From: a virus
IMG/VR virus record: IMGVR_UViG_3300046168_000050
Length of the DNA stretch: 64,000 nt
Reading direction: 5' to 3' (one strand)
The notes under the pieces: generated by a model
What the model was told of the DNA's origin: nothing
Seen by the model: only the letters and a program-made list of their open reading frames with translations
The model's database searches: none
In this document: one piece after another, positions 49,393 through 57,917 of the stretch
How the letters are laid out: each line of letters opens with the position of its first letter
Position numbering within the stretch: the stretch's first letter is position 1
Made by a program: the position numbers and the translations under genes

Positions 49393-50428
49393 CTAATTCG
49401 CTGAATCATATTGAGTATCGTATATACCTTTATCAAATGTTTGTGTATATGTTTTAAGTTTAGTAGCACTTGAATCCTCGTCAAAGCTAACAAGAGTAAC
49501 GACATCAGAGTCATCCATAGTAAGTGAGTTAGGTGACAACAATTCAGCAAACGTATAATTATCAATATCGCCTAGTACCACATCTTTTGCAATGGATACA
49601 AATGTATCAACATCTTGGCGATGTACGGTGAATGTTGCATCACCATGATTAAGTAGAGTAATATCTTTATCAGCTCTAATATCAAACGATGCTACAACCT
49701 GAATAGAAATAAATTCTGCTGGTTTTTCACCGACATCATCTTGTAATACTGGCAGAGGATTTATATTAGCCGCTTCTATTACTAATTCTGAGCCAATAAA
49801 AAATCCAGCAGGGTGTACAAATAATTTATATGTATCTATCCACTTACCTACAGGAATTGTGCTGCGAAGAAGTATTGAAAGAGTTTGATATAATTTATCA
49901 TTTGTTATATAGCGTAAAGATTCCGGGCCAAGATTTGAAGCCCTCTCTTTAACTTGTTCGCCCCGCAGTGTTAACGCTGTCTTTCTCGAGGTCAATGGCC
50001 GGGCCAACTCTAAAAACATTTTCTTTAGGATAAATTACTTCTGGATCTACGCCAAAAAAACCTCTAAAAAATTGCTCGATACTATACTTAGTGCCTTTAG
50101 ACCTATATAGTGTATTAGAAAACTTTACTGCTTCTCTTTTATTAATAAATCCACCAAAATATGCTTCCCCTAAGAGCAGTTCATCTTCAAGAAAAGGAAG
50201 TTGCATCTTAGGAATAGAAGTAGCATCTCGAGTAGAATAAATTCTATTTAAAATACCATTAGGATTTGAATCTTTTTCCATCCATTCATAGTAAGATTCA
50301 AACAATTCTATAAGATTAGGATTGTCCTGAACTATATGGTCAGGTAATACTTTTTTAACCTCAGCCCTATGAAAAGGAAGAGCCTTGCGATTATTGTCAA
50401 GTAATGTAAGATCTCTTTTATGTGACAT
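49393..50428 (-). CDS. gp7: Short gp7-like baseplate wedge subunit, interrupted by one extra base near the CCCC at 49961-49964 (joins ORFs 49949..50428 and 49393..50019)
   Basis: ELFESYYEW, YRSKGTKYSIEQFFRGFFG in the first part; YQTLSILL...YKLFVHPAGF in the second; span 1036 nt is 3n+1; directly follows gp6. Confidence 0.8.
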
Positions 50429-52437
50429 TAGTTAAGAGCATTCGTTGATACGGCTTTAGATGTTGATGCATCAGCATCATATACTAAAAGGTCGTTTCTG
50501 GTTGGAGTAATAGCACTTTGATTTGCAGGAACGGCTGCTAGTTTTACATACTCAAATCCTCCGATAATAGCTTGAGGATTAAAATAATTTACTGTTACTG
50601 TACCTAATACTGAATCAAACGACCCAATGTTATCGACAATAACTTCTGTACCAGATGCTTGTACAATTTCTAAATTATTGGTAGATAATTTGTTGCGAAT
50701 AATACAAGTTTTATTATTGTATATAAAAGCGCTACTTGTAATAATATATTCATCGTCATCCTTAGTGGCAATAGAAACTGGAAATTTCATTGTCTGTGAT
50801 GTTGATATAGAAGCACTTAGGAGCTCTGATCTTACAGTATTAAAATTAGAAGAAGTAGCATATTCATTATTAATAAGAAATGTAGTGGCCTTATCATATT
50901 GGCCAGAAGTTACTAATTTTACTATATAATTTAATGTATTAGAATCATTAGAAATTCTGTTTGTTGTTATATTATTAATAACAGCTATAAGATTAGGAGA
51001 AGAAGGAATAAACCTTTGCTGCATTCGAACGTTAGCTCTACTTGATAGCACCGCTGTACTAACATCGTCTACTAATGTTAATAGGTTAGATCTTCTAAAT
51101 GATTGCCCAAATCCTCCTACCGTATCAGCAAAATAAGCGGCAATTGTAGAAGTAACATTAGAAGTTATAGAATTTAAAGTTTGTTCTGTAAGAGATGAGT
51201 TAAACTGGAAAAATGTATCAAGTTCAATAAATGTAGTGACAGGATCAGCAAACCTAATATTAAACCCTGCGATCGCAAGTTGTTCTGCTAATGTTTCAAT
51301 ACTTATTTTAGTGTTAGCTTTTGTAGAAGCATCAACATCATCTTCAAATAGTATAGAGGTAAACACTGCACCGAATTCAGGCTCAATAGCATCTTGGCCA
51401 CCAAACGTGGTAATATCTTTAATAAGTGTAGAATATTGTTTTAAAATTAACGAAGTATAATCAGATGCGGTAACCATTCTATTCTGGGTCGCATACTGAA
51501 AAGGCGCATTTTTTTTAATAGAAGAAATACTTTCTTTTGCGTCACCACCAGTTGAAGCTGTAAAGGTCGTGGTATTTAAAGTGGTGGTAATACCTCCAGC
51601 CGTAAGCTGAGACACGGGTGAAAACGTTGCCGCACCATTTGCTATTTTTCCATTTGTTGACACATACTGAATTTCAATTCTATTACCAGCCACTGGCGCA
51701 ATACCAAATGTTTCTCCATCACCAAAAGAAAGCTCAAAGTTTCCATTAGGGGATTCTCTAAGAATGTAAATAGTAGTTCTAGCTGATATCGTTCTAGTAT
51801 TAATAATATTTGTATATGTAGAAAAATCATTACCAGTGGTATCGGTATATACTTTTACGATAGCAGTATCAGCATCTAAATTAGCATCTGGAATAACGTA
51901 AACAGGATTATCAATTACTTCACCTACAAGGAAAGTTTTAGTTTTTATATCACCCTCATATATTGTAATTTGGTTGGACCCTGATGAAGTTTTAAACTCA
52001 TAAAATCCAGTACCATCATCTTCAGCTTCTATTGTTTCAATAGTTGAAAATGTATAGGTTACATTATCAACTTCGCTTGTAAACTTGGTATATGCCGGTA
52101 AATTAATCTTTTTGCTTCTTGTCGTTTCAGTATTTGTAAAATAGATTCTTATTTTAGCTTGAGAAGATGTCTTAGTATCCGGAACATAACCAATACCTTC
52201 TGATAAAGACACGGCAGAGCTTCTAAGTTGTGCAGTACTTAAGTAAGATTCATTTAATGCAAAGTTAGCAATAAGTCCATTAATATGTGTATTATACGCT
52301 AACACGTCAAGAATATTAGATAGCGCAGCACCTTCAAAATTATAGTCACTGAATTCATCTTGATTCGCAAGATAAGATTTTAAATTATTTTTAATATTAT
52401 TAAAATCTAATGCTGTTGATTTAATAGTTGTTGCCAT
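50428..52437 (-). CDS. gp6: Baseplate wedge subunit gp6
   Basis: LDFNNIKNNLKSYL, FSDYNFEG, LDVLAYNTH, FGDG, QNRMVTASDY. Confidence 0.96.
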   Translation of the reverse strand: MATTIKSTALDFNNIKNNLKSYLANQDEFSDYNFEGAALSNILDVLAYNTHINGLIANFALNESYLSTAQLRSSAVSLSEGIGYVPDTKTSSQAKIRIYFTNTETTRSKKINLPAYTKFTSEVDNVTYTFSTIETIEAEDDGTGFYEFKTSSGSNQITIYEGDIKTKTFLVGEVIDNPVYVIPDANLDADTAIVKVYTDTTGNDFSTYTNIINTRTISARTTIYILRESPNGNFELSFGDGETFGIAPVAGNRIEIQYVSTNGKIANGAATFSPVSQLTAGGITTTLNTTTFTASTGGDAKESISSIKKNAPFQYATQNRMVTASDYTSLILKQYSTLIKDITTFGGQDAIEPEFGAVFTSILFEDDVDASTKANTKISIETLAEQLAIAGFNIRFADPVTTFIELDTFFQFNSSLTEQTLNSITSNVTSTIAAYFADTVGGFGQSFRRSNLLTLVDDVSTAVLSSRANVRMQQRFIPSSPNLIAVINNITTNRISNDSNTLNYIVKLVTSGQYDKATTFLINNEYATSSNFNTVRSELLSASISTSQTMKFPVSIATKDDDEYIITSSAFIYNNKTCIIRNKLSTNNLEIVQASGTEVIVDNIGSFDSVLGTVTVNYFNPQAIIGGFEYVKLAAVPANQSAITPTRNDLLVYDADASTSKAVSTNALN

Positions 52438-52878
52438 TTATCTTAACCTTGAAAGTGTTGTAGATAGAGTAACTTGCTCTCTTGAATTTACTACTTGGAA
52501 TACTATAGTAGTACTAACGCTATTTCGATCTGAATTAGATACAACTTTAATATCTAATATCAAAGCTCTAGGTTCATATGCTTCTATAGCTTCTTTTATT
52601 GTTCTTTTTATTGCTGATGTTGTTGTACCATCTGCCATTTCAAATAACATAGCCGAAACATTACCGCCAAAATATGGCTGAAATGGTTTTTCATAGTGAT
52701 TAGTTAAAACAATATTCTTTACTGATTGTTTCACCGCTGCCGCATCAATCTTTTTATATATCTCACCATTAGGTTTTGCGGTAAAGGAAATATCAATATC
52801 AGAAAACTTCTTTGATCTAGATACAATAATACTTGCATCTAGATTTCTGTCTTCAACTGATAAAACTCTATTAGTCAT
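52438..52878 (-). CDS. gp25: Baseplate wedge subunit gp25
   Basis: AVKQSVKNIVLT..YEKPFQPYFG, IEAYEPR, LSRLR. Confidence 0.95.
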   Translation of the reverse strand: MTNRVLSVEDRNLDASIIVSRSKKFSDIDISFTAKPNGEIYKKIDAAAVKQSVKNIVLTNHYEKPFQPYFGGNVSAMLFEMADGTTTSAIKRTIKEAIEAYEPRALILDIKVVSNSDRNSVSTTIVFQVVNSREQVTLSTTLSRLR

Positions 52879-52896
52879 TTTAGCCCGTTTTTTCTT

Positions 52897-52904
52897 TATT
52901 TATA
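52897..52904 (-). promoter_or_regulatory. T4-type late promoter for gp25
   Basis: TATAAATA 19 nt upstream of ATG 52878. Confidence 0.8.
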
Positions 52905-52907
52905 CGT

Positions 52908-55418
52908 CTAAGGGGCGGCATTTGCTCGAACATAATTAAACCAATAACCATCTTGCTGACGAATACTTCCAACCTCACGCCCCGCAAAATGGGTGTTATC
53001 GTAACTCCATACTCTTCTAGCACCAATATCAACGTGTAGAATGGTATTACCGAATCCAAAGCCTTTAAATCCTGCTTTAGTTGCAGCTGCTACTAGCTTA
53101 TCTTTTTGTGCATTACTCATTCCTGTAATACTAATATCTAATGCCTTTCCGAACCAGTGCTGATTATATCCATTATCTACTTTGGCAACTTTTCTTGAGG
53201 TGTTAGCTTTAGGCAACGCATCATTGATAATAAGCTTGCCACCATAATATTGCTGCATAAGTGTGTATTGATTGGCAAGTAGTGCTGCCATATTATCTAC
53301 CGCACCCGGCGATATACTTGGATGGGTTTTATCGCCTTGCCTAGTTATATAAGGATTATTAGCCGGACTTAAATTAATACCATAATCGCCACCTTTCGAA
53401 AGAACTCCATCAAATTCTGATTTAAATCTGCTCTGAGATAAAACTTCTACCAGGTCTCCGGATGTAAGATCGTTATTATTAAATTCTGTTTTAACTTTGC
53501 GATTAAATGTGCCGATCCAGTTCTTATCAATTTCAGGGAGAGTTATAATAATTCTGCTAGACAATAACTCTTTACCTGAATCTGGATTAATATCAATGGT
53601 ATCATATGACAATATAAGTTCATCATAAACCGCATTGTCTTTTAAGAATACAGCAATATCAAACGTTCTTTGTATGCTTGATTTGCCACTATTATCGACC
53701 ACATTATATACAACTGTACGGCCTTTGAGCTTAAGATCATTTAAAGAATCTGGAGTGATTGTTTCAGAAGGACCTGGCTTGTATATACTTTCTGCAACTT
53801 CTAAAGTTACATCTTTAAATTCACTATCATTATCCCGTACTAATTTTATGATCCGCGCATGAATGTACAAATACTTTGCTATTTCTACTCTTACGGCTTG
53901 ATCTCTAATAAAGTCAATGTTAGTAGGATCATCTGTACCTAAAAATTTAGAAAGAGTAATACCTTCTGCTAATTTAGTAGAGGCACTAATAGATTTTTGT
54001 CTATAAGGATTATAAACTTCTTCAGGTAATACATGAGGATTAGCTCTCTTCGGAAGAAACGCTGACAATTTATTATTTGTCTGAGAACCAATTCTATCTA
54101 ATTCAGAGTGAGATGAAACAGGGGTAGCATCGCTTGAAAGAATTCTTCCTGTACCCTTTGGAATAGGTGAGTTCCACTCACCGCATATTATTCCTTCTGC
54201 CAAAAGATATGATACAAATGAGCTATTAGACCTGTTGGCCGGATCTCTTAATCGCGATCTAGCCTTGTCAGCATTGATATTAGAATTAGATATGCCTCCA
54301 GTATCAACACTTCTATCTAGATAATTTTTAATAAAGTCTCCTACATCAATCTTTACTCTGTTTATACCGCCCGCTGACTTAGTGAGATAATCGTCAATGA
54401 TAGAGTCGCTAGGTTTAGTAATGGCAGGGGTTGCTGTATTCGTAATAGTTCCTGCTGACCCAACACCTCCTCCAGTACTTGGATCCGCATAGTTCTGAGA
54501 CTGTGCTACTGTAGCTGTAGTAGCGGTGCCATCTAAGTCTCCATGAAATGTTGGTGCTGTTACTCCTGCTTCAAACACAGCTCCTTTACCTGAGAATACC
54601 ATGTTAGGATTACCAATAGTACCTGACTTAGCAGTAACTGCCATAGAGTTAGCAAACTGGTTCATATTGTTAGAAGATACAGTAAGCTTATCTTCTGCAG
54701 TAATTTTGGTATCATCGCTTGTAGAATATCTTGCAGAGCCTTCTACTCTGTTGATATATTCGCCTTTAATACTTTGCTTCTTACCAGCAAGAAAAGTATT
54801 AGTGACAGCTTGAGTAACTGCTTTTACATAAGAACCGCCAACAAGCTTTTCAATATTGCCTGCAATAGATTCTTTTATATGACCTAGAATCTTTTCTGTT
54901 TTATTACCTCTTACAGTAACATTATAGTTTAAACAGTCAATATTATAGTCACCCGTAACTTTAAGATTAAGATTGCCCTTGTATATAATTTGTCCTTCAC
55001 CTTCTACAATAGTAACTTGATCTCCGCCTGTTACATTAATTTGGTTATCTAATGCCGATATCTTAATGCTACCATCTTTGGTGAGCTCTATACCTGCTCC
55101 AGTGTTATGTTTTATTAGCACCCGCTCAGCACCTGGTGTATCATCAGTTTCAATGATATGCCCTGAAATAGTTTCTTGAATTTGGCATAAAGGATATTCG
55201 GAGGCAATTATTTCATCTGACTCGGATTCTAATACAGCAGCAGCGGCTTTGCCTTTAAAAAACAATTCGTGTTTTCTAGAACCAGTCGCCCCATAGTTAA
55301 CACTAGAGGAATTAAAATATTCGGCTTTAGGATATTCACCACGAGGATCCTCATGCTGAACTTGAGAACGATCTTCTATTTCTTTTTCAATATCGCTTTC
55401 CGTATAAATCTCAGGCAT
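52908..55418 (-). CDS. gp5: gp5 C-terminal (beta-helix spike) part fused to M15-family peptidase domain(s)
   Basis: YP....ETISGHIIETDDTPGAERVLIKHNTG and V.G 8-residue repeats; C-terminal QHWFGKALD...ILHVDIG Zn-peptidase motif. Confidence 0.85.
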   Translation of the reverse strand: MPEIYTESDIEKEIEDRSQVQHEDPRGEYPKAEYFNSSSVNYGATGSRKHELFFKGKAAAAVLESESDEIIASEYPLCQIQETISGHIIETDDTPGAERVLIKHNTGAGIELTKDGSIKISALDNQINVTGGDQVTIVEGEGQIIYKGNLNLKVTGDYNIDCLNYNVTVRGNKTEKILGHIKESIAGNIEKLVGGSYVKAVTQAVTNTFLAGKKQSIKGEYINRVEGSARYSTSDDTKITAEDKLTVSSNNMNQFANSMAVTAKSGTIGNPNMVFSGKGAVFEAGVTAPTFHGDLDGTATTATVAQSQNYADPSTGGGVGSAGTITNTATPAITKPSDSIIDDYLTKSAGGINRVKIDVGDFIKNYLDRSVDTGGISNSNINADKARSRLRDPANRSNSSFVSYLLAEGIICGEWNSPIPKGTGRILSSDATPVSSHSELDRIGSQTNNKLSAFLPKRANPHVLPEEVYNPYRQKSISASTKLAEGITLSKFLGTDDPTNIDFIRDQAVRVEIAKYLYIHARIIKLVRDNDSEFKDVTLEVAESIYKPGPSETITPDSLNDLKLKGRTVVYNVVDNSGKSSIQRTFDIAVFLKDNAVYDELILSYDTIDINPDSGKELLSSRIIITLPEIDKNWIGTFNRKVKTEFNNNDLTSGDLVEVLSQSRFKSEFDGVLSKGGDYGINLSPANNPYITRQGDKTHPSISPGAVDNMAALLANQYTLMQQYYGGKLIINDALPKANTSRKVAKVDNGYNQHWFGKALDISITGMSNAQKDKLVAAATKAGFKGFGFGNTILHVDIGARRVWSYDNTHFAGREVGSIRQQDGYWFNYVRANAAP

Positions 55419-56980
55419 TATATTATATCTTTTCTTTCTAGGGGAGGATTAACACTAGGATCATAGTCTAGATTATTTTGTCTTTTAAACGAATTTTTAA
55501 TAAAAGAATCTACATCAAAATGTGGACCAGGCTGATTAACGTTTATTTGACTTATACCAAATACTTGCACTCCAGGCTTTACGAGATATAAGCTTTTTAA
55601 GAATTTTTTAAGAGTTTTCATTTGTTGATCGGTGTAAGAATTTGAGCTATAATAATCTCTATAGTTTATTCCTCTACCAGCTTCTCTATCTATACCTCCG
55701 ACTAAACCAATAACAATAGATCTCTTATGGTGATCGTTGACTAGTAGCCTATTAGGTGGAGTTTCATTATCAGCAGGAAGACCTCTCTGTAAATCACCGG
55801 ATCTTGTAAATACATAATGATATCCTATACCATTTCTACCAGCATCGATTGCTTTTTGGTGTAAGCTATACGCATTTGCTAATACGTCGGTCGTAGTATT
55901 GGTGCTAATAATGATTACTTCAGTAATATCTCTATCAATATTACTTACTTCATTAAGTATCTCTCTTTCACTGAACATATTATTTTTAAAATAAGAATTC
56001 GGAGTATCTCTTCCTTTCCACTCATTTTTAAGTTTAGACAAGTCAATGCCAGGAACTGAACTAACAGGAATATTTTCTACTAGATTTTTACTTGCAGAAA
56101 CGTCTATGATAATTAAAGCTTTATATATTTCATCCGCGGTTTTATTACTCATCGATGATATTAGATCAACAGCTTTAATATAATTTTTATTGGCTATTAG
56201 GGATATAATTTTTACTTTGTTATTTTCGAAAGATCTACTAAATTCCGGAGAGGTGAGCTGTAAAACAGCATTTTCAGTTATCTTAAGATTATCCTCTACT
56301 ATGTTATCCATAATAGAATTATAGCCGGCAGTATTCTTTGCAATAACTTTTCCTGCGGACGATAAAAACTCGGAAACTGCATTAGATTTTAATGCACTTA
56401 AAGAATTAGTAACAGAAAAAATATTATTAAAAGAAGAAGTAAGAAAGTTCTGTGCATAAATCTCATAATCATCCATAGGATTAAGAGATCCTGTAGAGCT
56501 AAGGGGGCTTGAGAGATCTATATTTCTTCCTACTATTGCCTTTATTTGATCGCTAGTTGCTCCTACAGCAGTAGTAAGTGCCTGAGCCATCGCTTCAGGG
56601 GATCCTGATGAAACAACGTCATCTAATAGACTACCTGTTGTTAAATCATTGCTTCCTGTTATTGTAGTAAGATCACTTTGGCTTCCTACTTCTTTGACTA
56701 AAGTCGAAGACAATTCAGAATTGTTAACCGAAGTAAGCTCTGTTAAAACTAGATTAGTAGTAACCTGAGTAGGAGTAGAGCCGGCAACATTACTAACAAC
56801 ATCATTAATACCAGTAAGAGAAGAGAATCCATTAAAATTATCTCCAGGATTAACACCAGCCTTTGAGACTTTACTAATGGCTGCCTGTGTTTGTAGCTGA
56901 TTAAGAATTGTGTTAGTATTCTCAATATTTTGAGCTCTTCTAAGATTTGAAAATATGCTATGAATAAATTCAGATGACAT
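55418..56980 (-). CDS. Baseplate hub-associated protein with a C-terminal amidase_2/PGRP-fold domain, probably non-catalytic
   Basis: GIGYHYVFTRSGDLQRG, SIVIGLVGG, YTDQQMKTL, P.FDV match the T7-lysozyme-type fold, but the His ligands are absent. Confidence 0.75.
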   Translation of the reverse strand: MSSEFIHSIFSNLRRAQNIENTNTILNQLQTQAAISKVSKAGVNPGDNFNGFSSLTGINDVVSNVAGSTPTQVTTNLVLTELTSVNNSELSSTLVKEVGSQSDLTTITGSNDLTTGSLLDDVVSSGSPEAMAQALTTAVGATSDQIKAIVGRNIDLSSPLSSTGSLNPMDDYEIYAQNFLTSSFNNIFSVTNSLSALKSNAVSEFLSSAGKVIAKNTAGYNSIMDNIVEDNLKITENAVLQLTSPEFSRSFENNKVKIISLIANKNYIKAVDLISSMSNKTADEIYKALIIIDVSASKNLVENIPVSSVPGIDLSKLKNEWKGRDTPNSYFKNNMFSEREILNEVSNIDRDITEVIIISTNTTTDVLANAYSLHQKAIDAGRNGIGYHYVFTRSGDLQRGLPADNETPPNRLLVNDHHKRSIVIGLVGGIDREAGRGINYRDYYSSNSYTDQQMKTLKKFLKSLYLVKPGVQVFGISQINVNQPGPHFDVDSFIKNSFKRQNNLDYDPSVNPPLERKDII

Positions 56981-56982
56981 TA

Positions 56983-57915
56983 TTATAATCCACTAATTGA
57001 ATTGTTGAGCGCGTTATTATAGTCTTCATACGCAAGCCTGGCGAGCTCTTCTCGTTTTTTTAACTTCTTAGTTTTTTGTGCTGGATTCTCATACTTATCT
57101 AAAAACACCCACGTAGAATTTCTATTGCTAATACCGCCTTCAAAAGTAGTTGTATTAATAAGTTTTGAATAAGTACTAGCAAATGCTGCACCATTAGTTG
57201 CTGTGTCTTTTTGGCCTCTAAGCTCGTGTAAAATAAACTCTAGTTGTAGAAAGAAGTCATCTGGCTGCTTGTGGCTTAACTCTGCAAAGGCTCTTAATTT
57301 ATCCTGACGATAGCCTGCATTTGCTGAATTATTCCATTGTGCAAGTCCCCATGAATTTTCACCTACTACGTCAGTAGGCCTTGAAGGATCAAGCGCGCTT
57401 TCAGCCTGCAGATTACCAACGATACCAGCTGCAGCTATAGGTGATAGCCGATTAGCCACAAAAAACTGAGTAATAATAACTCTTTTTTGTGCTATACTAG
57501 TATCGTCTCTATAGCTTTGTTTTAATTCAATAGGAATAAATACGCCATCTCTACCGACATTATTGTCAGCAAGACTCGCAGCATTACCTGATAGTCCTGC
57601 AAGCTTTTGTTGTATCTTTGATGGTCTTTCAAATTTATTTAATGATCCGAGTATAATAGGTGACTGTGATAAAGCACCGTCAGCAAATATCCCAAAAACT
57701 GTACTTGATGGAAGTATCTGAGGTATTTTACCCATACCTGATATTGCGGCTTCAGTAGTAGGTAGCATGCAATCAGCCCATGGAAGATCTTCAAAAGCAA
57801 CATTAGGACCATGGATACCATGTATTCTAATTTTAGCTTTGCCTACAGCGGCACGTTGAGAACTAACGCCAACGACTGTTCCTAGAAACCATCTTATATT
57901 ATCGCCGTAATACAT
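56983..57915 (-). CDS. gp5: gp5 N-terminal OB-fold fused to a phage tail lysozyme (Phage_lysozyme2-type) domain
   Basis: WFLGTV...KIRIHGIH...DLPWA...VFGIFADG..SQSPIILGS; AAGIVGNLQAES, GLAQW, QLEFILHEL, YENP. Confidence 0.88.
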   Translation of the reverse strand: MYYGDNIRWFLGTVVGVSSQRAAVGKAKIRIHGIHGPNVAFEDLPWADCMLPTTEAAISGMGKIPQILPSSTVFGIFADGALSQSPIILGSLNKFERPSKIQQKLAGLSGNAASLADNNVGRDGVFIPIELKQSYRDDTSIAQKRVIITQFFVANRLSPIAAAGIVGNLQAESALDPSRPTDVVGENSWGLAQWNNSANAGYRQDKLRAFAELSHKQPDDFFLQLEFILHELRGQKDTATNGAAFASTYSKLINTTTFEGGISNRNSTWVFLDKYENPAQKTKKLKKREELARLAYEDYNNALNNSISGL

Positions 57916-57917
57916 TT

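Noticed and set aside
7758-50019. Programmed frameshifting or phase variation at the breaks in gp15 (~7774), the fibre (~17907), the 20905..21704 gene and gp7 (~49962)
   Set aside because: Each is a single extra base, mostly in short homopolymers, and two hit essential core genes. No consistent slippery heptamer or stimulator is seen. Long-read insertion error is the simplest explanation; read polishing would settle it.
6526-50428. DS enrichment as a DNA-level signal, since GAY-TCN creates GANTC (the CcrM/HinfI site)
   Set aside because: In 6526..7536, 4 of 17 DS use GAY-AGY, which gives no GANTC. Glu-Ser (GAR-TCN), which also makes GANTC, is not visibly enriched, and the signal follows protein class. 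A frame-resolved GANTC count would confirm this.
2072-55466. Plus-strand ORFs opposite the structural genes (e.g. 32241..32714, 40039..40539, 39199..39549) and short nested minus-strand ORFs
   Set aside because: Antisense or alternate-frame shadows of T/G/S/A-rich genes; no SD, promoter or motifs
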